Shown here: in pieces, positions 43,011 through 55,941 of the stretch
Layout of the letters: each line of letters begins with the position of its first letter
Position numbering within the stretch: position 1 is the first letter of the stretch
Made by a program: the position numbers and the translations under genes
The notes under the pieces: model-generated
Seen by the model: only the letters and a program-made list of their open reading frames with translations
What the model was told of the DNA's origin: nothing
Databases searched by the model: none
Assembly (NCBI RefSeq): GCF_009914755.1
Contig: NC_060928.1
DNA length: 64,000 bases
Source of the DNA: the human T2T-CHM13v2.0 reference genome, Homo sapiens
Direction: 5' to 3' (one strand)

Positions 43011-43585
43011 TGTGCTCTCTCTTTGTTGCTTTTGTCCTAGAGAACAGTGGTAGGACATAAATAGAAATCAATCCAAATGATAATGACATCCATTGGGTCC
43101 CACTGACCAAAATCAAAATATCTTCTAAACTAAAAACCAGTAAGGTCTTGGTAAATTCACACAAAAATCTAGTCTTTCCATTAAATGCATCAGCATATTC
43201 TCACTTTGTTTTCCAGGTTTTGGTTCCTCATCCAGTGATTGTTTCTAACATGATTTTTTTTCTTTTTATATCAGGCAAAATGTGAGGAGGTAACATATTT
43301 CCATAATTTTAAATTTGTCCTGAAAGTGGAAAAACTGACTGAATACCTTTGTCACCCAAGATCAAGTGAAGGTTCAGGTCTCTAAAGTAAAAATTGTTAA
43401 AGAAGTTTGACACACATTAAGATATATGTCATGTGTGTATACATGATTTAGAGTTTTGTGATCTGATTTAAGTGAACTACCTTCTCTTGTACTCAGAACC
43501 TGGTAAGTAATTTGTGGGGCCCCAAATAAATATGCAGGACACTTTGTTTGAAATAATTTTTCTGAGACAGGGCCATGTATTACTA

Positions 43586-43997
43586 TTTTACCAAAATCCC
43601 AAGTGTCCTGTCTAGGTCTCACTGCTTGCTGCACAGAAAGCCAATCACTGAGACAGTGAGCATAGTGAGTATTGCCATATTGGAATAAGGCTTTACCAGG
43701 TACTGTAGCTGAGAAGATGGGAGATCAGTTTCAAATCTGTCTCCCTGAACAGACTACACTTTGGGGGTTTATATAGTGGGGAAGGAAGCAATCATGAAGA
43801 ATGAAGCGTCTGGAATCTCATTATGTGGATGTGGTGATCTGGTGAGTTTGAGTCCCTTGCCCAAGGGTGGGTTTCATGAGAAAGGAACTCAGATAACACA
43901 GAGGTTAGTTTCAAGTTTTAAGATCAAGATAGTCAACTTCCATGTTTATTCAAAAACACTTAAATATCATTTCTAGGGGACAACTGGGTCAGTTTCA
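43586..43997 (-). mobile_element. LOR1 solo LTR (ERV1)
   Basis: TCTAGGTC...GCACAGAAAGCCAATCACTGAGAC...GGGACAACTGGGTCAGTTTCA; reverse-complement homologue of the LTR at 31127. Confidence 0.85.
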
Positions 43998-44387
43998 ACT
44001 ACACAGGCTACAGGAACATGAAACTTACCCAGCCTACATTAATGTTTACTTTATATTTTCTGTACCATTATCATATTTCACATTTCCTCTGTCATCTTAT
44101 GTGAAACACATGTGACATTTATTTTAATTGCAAATTTGATTTTGTATTTAAACATGCTAAACACAATATTTTAATCAGACAGTGTCAACAATTTTTAGAT
44201 AAATTGAGAAATTAATAAAATGCATATGCTACTGGGCGTGCTTATAGTATAAAAATAAAGATAGAAGTTTTAAAAAGCATAGAACAAACACCAATATTTA
44301 TTTCACTATTTAAAAAATACTGACTGTATGATGATGATAATGATAATAACAGTTTTCTACAGATACCACATTTCTGAGGATAAGCAA

Positions 44388-44808
44388 TGTTAAAAGAAAA
44401 ACTTTAGATCAATTAAATTTAACAGAATTTAATTGAGCAAAAAAGGATTTTTGAATCAGGCAGCCACCAGAACAAAAGGGGTTTAGAGAGACTTTGGCAC
44501 ATCTCTGTGGGTGGAGAGGATTTATGGACAGAAAAAGGAAAGTGAGGTACAGAAAATGGAAGTGAGGTACAGAAACAGCTGGATCGGTTACAGCCTGATG
44601 TTTGCCTTATTTGAACAAAATTTGAACAGTTGGCTGCTTGTGGGTGGTTGGCTATGGTTTCTGTGACGGGCCAAGGCATGGCTACTTGTTACAAGAGTAG
44701 ATTTCAGTGTGTTTACACATCTGGTTAATTTCCAGTTCACTATGTACAGAGAAACCTTTAGGACAAACTTCAAATTTGTAAGGAGGCAGCTTTAGACTAA
44801 ACTTAACA
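44388..44808 (-). mobile_element. MER57 solo LTR (ERV1)
   Basis: TGTTAAAAGAAAAACTTTAG...GAAGTGAGGTACAGAAA twice...AAGGAGGCAGCTTTAGACTAAACTTAACA; 4-bp TSD GCAA. Confidence 0.9.
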
Positions 44809-45525
44809 GCAACAAGACCTGTTTAACTAAAAGGGGATGGAAAGGGCCAAACAGGTGTGACACTGAAATTAACAAAATAATGCTAATGTAGGATAAGACT
44901 GGTGCAGTCAGTAGCAGGAAGCATAGACAGGGTAAGCAGACAATTCAATAAATACTTAGTGATTACTTCCCATATTCCAGACCTCAAAGGTTGGAAATAC
45001 AGACTGAGAACAAAGCAAAGGATTTTTATTCTGCTCACAATAGTTGTCTCTACAGCACAAACAGCTTTAGAATACAGACAGAGGAAGAAAGAATATTGCA
45101 TGTTACTTGACACTTTTCTGTTCCTATAAAAAGGAAAATAGGAGAGATTCAATATATTAATGAGTAACCAAACAGGCAAGTGGAGTTAAGCATGGAGTCA
45201 TTTAGAACTTTCTGAAGGTCTAAGATCTAAACTTTCAGCCACTCTGTCAATTGCAAGGACCAGCATGAGCTAACTCCACCTTCCCTTAAGTACTGTCTGA
45301 AATGCAGCCTATGCAAAGTTCTCTTGTAAATTTCCAATTAGAACTATATTGTTAAGATACACAGAAGCATTAGTTATAAACATCCTCTGTTTCTCATTTT
45401 ATTTCTAGATAGCTAATGACTTTTCAGATGTCTAAATTCCCATTTTAAGTATTTTGAACAGAACTGTTTTTCGATTGCTCAACACACTACCTAACTTCTT
45501 AAATGCAATATTTGCATAACATATA

Positions 45526-46050
45526 TGTAGGAGATCAGACTCTGCCACCCCAAAATAGGCCTTTTTAGTATAAGAATTATTCTGAGCTGATTATTTTGAG
45601 AAACAACACTAGGAGAAGCTCTAAAAACAGAGTAGAAGTTATTCTTTTGTAGGGAAATTTACATCTAGAAAGAAAATCTCGACTTGTAAGACTGTTTCCC
45701 TTTCTGCACCAGGAAGAGAAGGATGACTAAATCACCAGTGACTCTTTTCAATTGAAAAACCACTAACTTACTTACATGTGCATAACAAACAAACCTTACT
45801 TTTGTTTACACTGCTTTTCCTGGTAACTTACTTCCTCCATAGTCTTATTTCTTTGTTTTGTTGAAGATGCTATAAGTTGCAGTTTTGGCCATCTCTGAGA
45901 GTCACACTTTCCCTGAGTTTTCTGTCATGTATATACAAAATATACCCATTAATAAACTTCTGTTTGTTGTTCTCTTGTTAATCTGTCTTTCATTAAAAGG
46001 CCTCAGCTGAGAATTTAGAAGGATAGTAGGAAAATTATTTATCTGCTACA
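45526..46050 (+). mobile_element. MER34 solo LTR (ERV1)
   Basis: TGTAGGAGATCAGACTCTGCCACCCCAAAAT...GAGCTGATTATTTTGAGAAAC...AATAAACTTCTGTTTG...CTACA. Confidence 0.85.
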
Positions 46051-46169
46051 TATGTAATTTAATATATACATATCCTTCATTATAAGGCTATTGGACTATT
46101 GCATGCTGTACTTACTTAACAAGTCAGCTATGTGTGAGGACATGAGTAGGAGCTTTAGCATTATCCTGA

Positions 46170-46793
46170 TCTTTGAAGTTGCTCCCCCTTACACTCTGAA
46201 GGTTTGCTTAAAATCTACTGAAAAAAGGAAGGTTAATAAAAGAAAAGGCATACAAATTTATTTAAGCACAGTTTTACTTCACACAGGAGTGTCCAGAATG
46301 AAGCCCCAAAGATACAGAAGAAACTGCCCATTTTCATGGTTTGGGTCAATGAAGTATGGGCAGCTGGGTAGAAATATCACTGAACAATAAGGGTACGATC
46401 TAATGCTAATTGGCTGAGTATGGAAACCCAGAAGGCTTGTCTGTCTAGATTCTTCTTGGCCTCACCGTACAGGATTCCTTCCTTCTGGTATTTGGCAGGA
46501 TCTTGTCCGGAATGGGGGTCTTATGACCTACAATCAAGTAAAATAGGTCAGCTAATTTCTTTATGGCCAGTTTTTACACAGAAAAGGAAGGCAGCGTTAG
46601 TGTAATATTTTCAGGCTTTATGTCTGGCTTTGGGGAAAACGGATTTTGGTTTTTATGAACCACCTTGAAAAGGAGATTCTAGTTTCTATGGCTGGCCTTG
46701 AGGGAGAGTAAGGGGCAGAGACAGGAGGGCAGAAGGTCAGAGAGGGCTGCTTCTAAGGCTTTCGTTTTAGGTATCATTCTCTGAGCCCTACCA
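46170..46793 (-). mobile_element. MER39-like LTR (ERV1)
   Basis: AGAAAAGGCATACAAATTTATT...GATTCTAGTTTCTATGGCT...GAGACAGGAGGGCAGAAGGTCAGAGAG...TCTGAGCCCTACCA. Confidence 0.75.
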
Positions 46794-47326
46794 GTATCGT
46801 CTTTGTCTATTTCTTCATAAGAATATGTTGGTTGAAAAGACTGACACCAACATATAAAAAATGGCATAGACTTTTTGGTAGTTCTTTCAATAAATTTCTT
46901 AACTTACTTCCTATCTGCTATTTTCTTACCACTACTAAGTTTTTATCTGTTACTTCCTTCAACTTTGTGTCTGTCAATAGTAAATTATATCCTCATTTAT
47001 GGTTTGTACTGGACTTTTATTTCCCCCTTAGACATCAAATAGCTATGATTTTTAACTGTTAGAGTAAAATTAAATAGATTCTAAGTGAAAATATGAGGCT
47101 CCTTTTATAAATAAATACATAAAATTGGACATTTTTTAGTTCTCAAATTTTTTTACTTTCTAGTTTTTTAAACACACTTATTTTTAATTCTAAATATTTC
47201 GGTAATTGTAACTTATAATTAAGAAAATTACAAACATTTGGAATTATTTTTAATATTTTAAACAAAAAGAGAATACAGTATAGAATTAACCAGTGTGTCA
47301 GATGCAGAAAGAATATTTCAAACGCT

Positions 47327-47871
47327 TGTTACTGGTGGGCTTGGGAAGGTCCCTAAATGCCATAGGACCTGCAACCCAGCCAGTATCTAGGCTCTTGACA
47401 CTATCACGAGAAGGAATTCAAGCATGAGTCAGAAAATAGGAAAGTACAGAGACTGATTGCAAAGCAAAAAGTACACACTCAAGAAAAGGGAGTGCAGGTG
47501 TACTCAAGAGAGAGTTGTGCAGTGGACTTTGGAGTATCTATCTTTAGGGTTTTTTTAAATCAAGGAGTGGAATATTTAACATATTTCCTGGAAAAAAGCG
47601 GAGATTTCTCAGAACTGTGATACAATCTATTTTTATACCGAACGTGAGTGTTCTCAGAACTGTCATGGCTATACATCAATGAGCTCATAATGAGGTCCTT
47701 GGAGAAACCTAGGTCAAATCCAGCACCATATTTAGTCCAGATGGTCTTAGCCAGCTTGTTCCACACCTTGGTTTTTCAGAGTCTTATCAGCCTATGGCCT
47801 CTATTCATGTAAAACTTCTGCCTAGGGTGTTTTAATTCTCCTGTGACTATCTGTTTTAATCCTATCTTACA
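47327..47871 (-). mobile_element. MER66-like LTR (ERV1)
   Basis: TGTTACTGGTGGGCTTGGGAAGGTCCC...AAAGTACACACTCAAGAAAAGGGAGTG...CCTATCTTACA. Confidence 0.75.
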
Positions 47872-47874
47872 ATT

Positions 47875-48380
47875 GCATATACGTTTATACATTATAGTGT
47901 GATAATTAAATTATTCAATATGTAAGCTATTTATAATATATAAACTAGTTAATATATAATAGTATACATTATTATAATATGTAATATAAAATCATATATG
48001 CATCAAGCAATAAAGAAAAAATAGAGGCTGGTAATAATATTGCTGGTGAATCTATAACCTATAATTACAAATAACAGTTTTTTGATCAATTAAAATATAG
48101 CTTATTTTAATAGGTTGCATATTATAAACAATATAAACTATATATGAAGTTTTTAATATAATAATTTTATGTATTACAACAATATATACAATTACATATT
48201 AGTTTATACATAAAATTACAGTTTACATGAGTTTATATATTTACACATCTATTATTTATATATAACTTATATGTATTATATATAATTATACTTTAAAGTA
48301 TATACATCGTAATTATCTAGTATACAGTATATTAATTGAAATGTTAATTTTATGATATATAACTATACATTATAAAGATA
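47875..48380. repeat. AT-rich low-complexity tract
   Basis: Degenerate (TA)n/TATAAT-rich sequence with very low GC. Confidence 0.8.
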
Positions 48381-48385
48381 AAATT

Positions 48386-48463
48386 GCTTTTTAAATGTGA
48401 TCCTTGATGTAGCTTTTTAAATGTGATCCTTGATGTAGCTTTTTAAATGTGATCCTTCATGTA
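48386..48463. repeat. 26-bp tandem repeat x3
   Basis: GCTTTTTAAATGTGATCCTTGATGTA at 48386, 48412 and 48438 (third copy has one mismatch). Confidence 0.95.
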
Positions 48464-50035
48464 TTTTTTGAAATAAATACAGCAGCAATTTATCTGCAGT
48501 AGTAAAACTTCCGAAATCTTACACACAAATAGCCATGTCTGATAAAACTGTTTTTGACTTGTACCATTTTTCCATTTATACTATAGTAATAACTAACTGT
48601 GTTGTTTGTTAGAAAATTTCTAACACATTTTCATCTGGTAAATTTTGAAATGTCATTTCTTTGTTTTTTCTCAAATTTGGTTTAGATAAAAGTTAAAATT
48701 ATCTGTATAGTCCTAATATAAACAATCTTTTTTTCAAACACAGATTGATGCTTACTATATCTTTTACTTATATATCCTGAGTATATTATTTCCTTTCTTG
48801 GTGATGCAGGGTAGATGGAATGGGGAGAGATTCAGTGTCAGATATAACTGAGATGAATGCCAGCTTCAACATCTTAAAACAGTGTCGCTGCTTTATTACA
48901 GCCTCTAGAAATATGTCTATTCGAAAGCATGGACCCACCTTCCTACTTTGCCACTATTGCTAAGAGATTAGCTTTGAATTTTAAAATTTAATGTATTCTT
49001 TCCTTTTCTATGTCATAACAGTTATATTTTTCCTTTGTATGAATTTCCTAAAATCAAACATAACAGTCCTAAATATGTTTCATAAAGAAGAGGACATTTA
49101 TTGTCTAATAAAAAAAAAACCTTACTGCAAGAACAATAGTATATGCATCAAGCAATAAAGGAAAAAAATTAGAAGCTGTGATAAGGTCGCTGGTGAATCT
49201 GTAGTTCATGATTTTCATAACGATAAGAACCAACTCCTTCCTTTGATCAATTTTATTTGGTCTATAGTTTCAGAAGACAGTTTTTCATGGGTCACTCAGT
49301 CCTTCATTGTGGCATAATGTGCCAAAAATATGAGACCCTGAGCTATTTTTCAGGTTTGTGTTTTCAGACACCAATCTTAAGGGGTGAGATATATCTCCTT
49401 CTGGGATGAAGAACAGATTTGTTTACTTCTTGTTATTAAAAAAAAATGGATTCCCCAATCTCAATGTTCCTCTTCTATAATTCAACTCACTTTATGTGCA
49501 AACATCATTTGGGCCTTCTTCATCACTCTCAAGGGATTTAGGGACAAGAACTAAGACAAACATACTAATACTCAAGCTACTTGCTGTGCTATGAGTAATA
49601 AAGTCCTTTGTCTCTGATCCAAGAGTCTTCTGTCTTCTATGCGCATCAAAGAAACAGAAATACATTAACATTTTAGCTCATAACTATAGGGCAAACTTAT
49701 GTATCAGACCCATTCTTATGATGAGAATGGGATTCTGACATAACTAACTTTTCAGAAGAGAAAGTACAATCAAGGTTCAGGGTTAAAACAAGAGTCCCTA
49801 AGATCTGATAGAGAATATTTTTACCCAGTTGGTGGTCAAAGGTGAAGACAATAAGGTTTCCCACTTTTCTAACTCTTAATGGGACTGAGGAGCAACAAGT
49901 AAGAAAGACCGAAACAGGCTGTCTTGGTTGTTGCTTACTGTCTTCTGAGCATGAGGAGAGATATTATGATTGTGGGACAGCAATCAATGTGACCCCAGCT
50001 GATAGAGAATGTAGCTAAAGAGTCCCAAAAGCTGA

Positions 50036-50649
50036 TGATGTTGGATTTTTCTTCTTGGTCACTTTGCAAGCCGGGGACTTCTGGCAGGTGATGCCCCACC
50101 TGGGCCCTGCTCAGGCACACTGGTGTGCCCCAGCTTGCCTGCATTATAGCTTGTACCTGTGTTCAGCAGTTCCTGAGCTCTCGTACCACACCCAAGAAGA
50201 ATGAGGATATGCTGGACATTGAAGGTGAAGAGGGCAGAGAAGAATTATTTTATTTAAGCCATGAAAGCAAAGAGGGGACATGGGGGTGGTCCCTCTACCC
50301 AAAGGTGGGAAAGTACCCTGCTGTGGCTGGGTCTGGGGATTTTGATGGATTCAGAATGGGGAGTGCATGCTGATTGGTTTGTGAGTAGGCAAGAAAAGTT
50401 ACAGCAAAGTCACCACTCAAAGTTGTATAGAAAACCAATTAGGAAAGGGTAGGTATATGTAAAATAGGTGAAGGGTAGAGATCAATTAGAGGAAAGGATG
50501 CCAAACTGAAAGATAAGTTCTCAATCAGAACTGAGGATTTAACTTGTAGGTTGGCTTTCAGGCTTTAAACTGTCTTTGGCTTGAAGGTGGGGTTTCACCA
50601 GTGACCCATCCTATCTGCCTCGGCATTTGGCTGCCTCTTGTCTCTCTCC
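50036..50649 (-). mobile_element. LTR27-like solo LTR (ERV1), nested in the provirus
   Basis: GGGGAGTGCATGCTGATTGGTTTGTGAGT...CAGGCTTTAAACTGTCTTTGGCTTGAAGGTGGGGTTTCACC; 4-bp TSD CTGA. Confidence 0.85.
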
Positions 50650-51216
50650 CTGATATAAATTGTGTCAATAATGACAACTTTGCATTCAAATATACAGCTT
50701 TAGATGGACCAAAAATTTATGGATCTATTTGGTTGAGTTGTGAGCAGCTGTCATGTCTGTCAAAACCAAAACTAAAGGCCAAGTCTTGCTTATTAGTATG
50801 AGCTGCTTGTTTACATAGTTCTTGCTGATCCTCCCATGCCCCCTCCCCAACAATCCTCTTTTGCTTTAACATCAGCCACTTTAAGTAGAAAGATCATTAG
50901 GCATGGACCACAATCTCCTTCTCCTCAAAAGGGATCAAGGCACTTGTCCACCTATATTGGGAACCCTCAAAGAGGGGTAGGATTCAAACATTTTTCGTTC
51001 TACTGGATACATACACAAAAGTCAGCATCCTATCAAGTTTGTTTGGCAGAGAAGAAACGTGAATTTATCTGATGAAGATTGGGCAAAAGTCACAGTGGGC
51101 AGGGATGCTAAAATGGCCTTGTAAATTGATCCTTTCAGTTGCTTCAATTCACTATGTGGTGGCTTTGACATCTGTACATATCATTGAATTTGTGTTATAT
51201 GCTTGTACTTCCTGTC

Positions 51217-51815
51217 TGTGATGGTTAATATCGAGTGTCAACTTGATTGGATTAAAGGATGCAAAGTATTATTCCTAGATGTGTCTGAGGGTGTTGCCAA
51301 AGGAGATTAACATTTGAGTCAGTGGATTGAGAGAGGCCGACTCACCCTCAATCTGGGTGGGCACCATATAATCCGCTGCCAGCCCAGCGAGAATAAAGCA
51401 GGCAAAAGAAAATGGAATGAGCAGACTTGCTGAGTCTTCCGGCCTCCATCTTTCTTTTGTGCTGGATGCTTCCTGCCCTTGAAAATGAGACTCCAAGTTC
51501 TTCAGCTTTTGAACTCTTGGACTTACACCAGTGATTTGCCAGGGGCACTCAGGCCTTTGGCCACAGACCAAAAGCTACACTGTTGTTTTCCCTACTTTTG
51601 AGGTTTGGGGACTTGGACTGGCTTTCTTGCTCCTCAGCTTGCAGATGACCTATTATGGGACTTCACCCTACAATTGTGTGGGTCAATCCTCCTTAATAAA
51701 CTCCTAACTCCTTCATGTATATTCATATAGATATATATTCATATATATATATACATATATATTTCATATATTTATATATATTTTCATATATATTTTCATA
51801 TGTATATATTTTTTC

Positions 51816-51857
<42 letters not shown>

Positions 51858-51902
51858 CCTATTAGTCCTATTAGTTCTGTCCCTCTAGGGAACTCTAAGA
51901 CA
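51217..51902 (+). mobile_element. MLT2A (A2-like) HERV-L solo LTR with internal (TA)n/(TG)n expansion
   Basis: TGTGATGGTTAATATCGAGTGTCAACTTGATTGGATT...GTTCTGTCCCTCTAGGGAACTCTAAGACA; 5-bp TSD CTGTC; microsatellite at ~51716-51855. Confidence 0.93.
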
Positions 51903-52109
51903 CTGTCCCATAAGGGTTAGGGAAAATTCTGTTAGAAGACTGCTGCAAGAAGAAACAAAATAGTGTACCAGATAGATGACTTCTCCCCTTCCCTGTCTTA
52001 TCCTTCCCTGTCTTATCCTGGCTGGCCCAGTAGAAACAAAATTGACTCTAATAAAGATAAGGAAAATCTCAGTTTTTAATTAAAGATTTAATTAGCCACA
52101 GATTGTTTT

Positions 52110-52640
52110 TACTTTCCAAGGTACACAGCATACTTTTTCCTGACTACTAATAGGGTATATCTCCATCATCCTGCCATTGCACACATTCTTTGCAGGTAAT
52201 AACTTGACTACATCCAGTTTTCTCTAGGGATGCAAGTATGATATTATACTGATGATGTCCTTTTCTGCGAAGATTCATTTAGTACACTCTTTAAAGACAA
52301 ACAAATTCTACCAAAGTCGCTCACAAAAATGGGATGAGCCATTGCTTCACACATGGCTCAAGGCCCTCCTACCTTGGTTGATACCTAAAAATTGTTTGAT
52401 AAATCAAGATCTGCTTCAGTCCTGACACTGTCAATAAAGAAGCTCTAGACCATCTCAGTACCCACAACATGAAAACAAGCTCAACATCTTTAGGTCTTTT
52501 TGGGTTCAAAAGGCAGCATATTCTTCACTTACAAATTTTATGTAATTCCAGTTATGTGTTTCATGTAAACTGGCCCATCTTGAATGCGGCCTCCTTCAAC
52601 AAAAGGCTCTAAAATCAGTCCAAATGGCAATAAAACAAAC
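52110..52640 (+). pseudogene. ERVL-type reverse transcriptase remnant
   Basis: Frame from 52158: YLHHPAIAHILCR**LDYIQFSLGMQV*YYTDDVLF...LTKMG*AIASHMAQGP, resembling ERVL RT (YLNSPAIAHNLCR..HYIDDIL..GWAI.P.K.QGP); YTDD at 52245-52256; multiple stops. Confidence 0.8.
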
Positions 52641-52792
52641 ACTTTTCATCTAATACTTCCACTAGAAAAACCTTTACTGTAGAGGCTCTAACAGTCTTTT
52701 CTCATACCTCCTGGAGTCTCCAGACCACCCATGATGGCCATAAGTTGTCAGTAGGCCTCTGATGCAAGAAATTATCCTCCTCAGTTCCATGA

Positions 52793-53155
52793 TGTGTCAG
52801 TCCATTTTCCTGCTGCTAATAAAAACATACCCAATATTGGGCAATTTACAAAAGAAAGAAGTTTAATGGACTTACGGTTCCATATGGCTGGGGAAGCCTC
52901 ATAAACATGGCGGAAGGCAAGGATGAGCAAGTCACATCCTATGTGGATGGTGGCAGGCAAAGAGAACTTGTGCAGGGAAACTCCCATTTTTAAAATCATC
53001 AGATCTCATGAGACTTATTCACTTTCACAAGAACAGCACAGGAAAGACTTGCCCCATGGTTCAATTATCTCCCACCAGGTCCCTCCCACAACAAGTGGAA
53101 ATTATGGGAGCTACAAGATGAGTTTTGGGTGGGGACACAGAGCCAAACCGTATCA
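52793..53155 (-). mobile_element. THE1 (A/B) solo LTR nested in the provirus
   Basis: TGTGTCAGTCCATTTTC...GGGGACACAGAGCCAAACCGTATCA; 5-bp TSD CATGA. Confidence 0.95.
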
Positions 53156-53832
53156 CATGACATGCTATTAGAATGACAATTGCTGTCCATACTGAGCTCT
53201 CTTGGAAATATAGGCTTACACAAGTCTGGCAGTCATGACCCTCCATATTCAGCAGCTTGTTATGCCCTAGGGCATGAAAGCAGCACCTCAAAAGCTCAGC
53301 ATGGCCACTGAGGTCTCCTGCTACTGAATAGAGCCAAACATGGGCTCCTGACATATTTCACTTGCAGGAGGGGTGTTCAATCCTTTGCCAGATGCTATGT
53401 TGCTAAGGGATGTTAACTCCCTTCCCAGATCCTTTGACTTTGTGAAGGTCTTTGGAATCAATTGAATAAACAGCAGCAGGAGTTTGTAAACTTTACAGAT
53501 AGCATCATCACCTCACACATGATGAAGCTACTGCTTTTCAGTCCTTAACCAGAATGTCCTAGATAAAGTATAGAACCCAAGGGTCAGCATAATTGGCCAA
53601 ACTTTACAAAGTTATATTAGCACTGGATGACTTGGTCAACAACTGGCCCCATCTGCAAATTTTTACATACTCTTGGGCCATTGCCAATTGTCTGGCTGTC
53701 TGGTACAGTGAATGGCAACAATAATTTCTTATCCAGAGTAAAGAACTCTGGGTATATCTTGCCCAACAGATATACAAAATATAAATCAAGGTTAACCCCA
53801 ATGGGTTAACGAGTATATTAATGAATCCTTGT

Positions 53833-54467
53833 TGTGTGGATTTAACATGTATACATACATGTTTTAGACATCATTAATACTGACCAAGGCACATATTCGC
53901 TTCTCAGAATACATAAGGCTGGGCCTTTGGACGAGGCATTTAATAGAAATTTCACCTCTCTTACCTGCCTCAAGCTACAGGCCTCATAGAGTGTCATATG
54001 GTGTACTTAAACCAATTCAAACTCAATTCAATTAAAAAATGACACATTTTAGTCACAGTCAAACATCAGGGGTCAGTTCTGATATCATTTTTTAGTCTTT
54101 GTTTACTGACAGCTTTTAAGCTTTACCATTCCCTCTTCCCCTCCTGCCCCATATCTCAGCAAGATGGTAAGAAAGCCCAGTTGCATCCTCTTTTGGCATT
54201 GGTGGGAACTTTGAACCAACCTTATGTGGAAACCTTTACTCTGATCTCACTTCCTAACTTAGATAAAAACCCAAGCCAATCTCCTCTCCCTACTCTCTCA
54301 AGATGTTTTAAAGCCTTCTGAAAGCTACCCTGCTCTTCCCTTAGAAAGTCTCATGTCTGCAACAAATATTTTTATAGTTTCTTGATGTGCATGAGTCATC
54401 AGTGTCAACAGTTGAGCCAAATTTTGGGTAACCTCCATCGTGCTTCTGAGGGAAAGTAATGGCACCA
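53833..54467 (+). mobile_element. MER74-like ERVL LTR nested in the provirus
   Basis: CTGACAGCTTTTAAG...CCCTCTTCCCCTCCTGCCCCATATCT...ATAAAAACCCAAGCCAATCTCC...GCCAAATTTTGGGT; boundaries approximate. Confidence 0.65.
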
Positions 54468-55941
54468 ACTACATGCTAGACCTGTGATTCCTGCTAAAAG
54501 TGAACCCATTTTTCTTTGTTTGATGAAAGCCACATTGCAGGAGGGCATTGTTCCCAGCGGCTCTTGAAAAAGTAACTGCATTGTAACTTTCACCTTTTTC
54601 ATGCCCATCTTCTGTGTCTTTCTGAGGCAGACTCTGAGGTTAGAATTGCTGTTCTAGTACTAATGGTTGAACCCAGCCACAGCATGTGGCTTGGAACCCT
54701 TGAAAATAAACTGCCATATTTTTGGCTTTTTAGATCATCTACAGTCTATAATTGTGTGACTTTTGTTGCGAGGCCATCCAACAATGGTCCAGTAGTTAAG
54801 ATATTCAAACAACATTCTATATTCCCTACCATTTACAGACACTTGTTATGGATCACTGAAATAGCCACCTCAAAAATTAATGTAAATATATTACTAACTT
54901 TACCTCTCTTATATTCTCATGGTACCCATTCCATATTAAGGCAGTTTTGCCACTGAATGCAGCTATCCTCAGAAATAGTTTGTCCCCTGGATAATGGCAA
55001 GGATGAAAGATGTAGGAGGTATGTAGAACTCATTTGAAAATTCTTGTTCCCAATCCTGACTATCCTTGGGTGTGATGCATTTTTCTTTCTCTTAAGCACA
55101 GGTGAGCCTGCCACCCTATATCTCTGGGTGGAGGCCTGGCCAGAAGGAGGCCTAAAAAACTCAAAATTCATTTTGGTTCAGCCGTCTGGATTTGCTTTTT
55201 CAATTTACATGGACTAAAATCACAAAGGCACTGATTACATCACTGAGCATGCTGCTCCTTAAGTTCTCCTATGGTTGTCCTCTTGTGCCAAAGTGAGAAC
55301 TATAATGGGTTCTACATATCTTATGAAATCAATCTTGCCCTACTCGCACCTGACTCCCCTGGACAAAAGGTATGGGTTTGAGAGTGACTGGAGAAAAGGT
55401 AAGTTTATAATGCTGGGATAGAGCACACCAAGGTTGTGGTCCCAAAAGGAGAGCAACTAAAGCACCTGATAAGGGTATCGAACTCCAAAGATTGCAAAGA
55501 AGGAAGAATGATTAATGCTGTCTTTGTCCTCTAGATATGACACTGCAACCTGGCAAAACAATCAGATGGTCTGCCTGAGTAAAGAGCATTTGCCATTGGC
55601 AATATGACCCTTTGCTGAGAAAACAAAGTTATGTGTACCTGGACAGTTCTGAACTATTTTGGTGTTCCTGATGCTATCAAGAGCCTTGATGTCCAAGTAC
55701 CCTTGAGTTATGTCATATATAATGGTTGAGGCTGCAATTTCTAGGTAACCCTGCCCATGTGTATTCACCAAATCCGTGTAATGATGGTCTCAAATAGGTT
55801 CAAAAAATATACAGACAAGAATGACCTGTGTACACTCAGATTTTATGTTTGTATGCAGGAGATCATGGACCAAAATTCTCTCGATGGTGGTAGGGACTGC
55901 TTTCTAGCCCATGTATTGCTCCCTTGTACTTACTGGCAATG

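Noticed and set aside
48386-48463. CRISPR-like array
   Set aside because: Head-to-tail repeats with no spacers, in primate DNA
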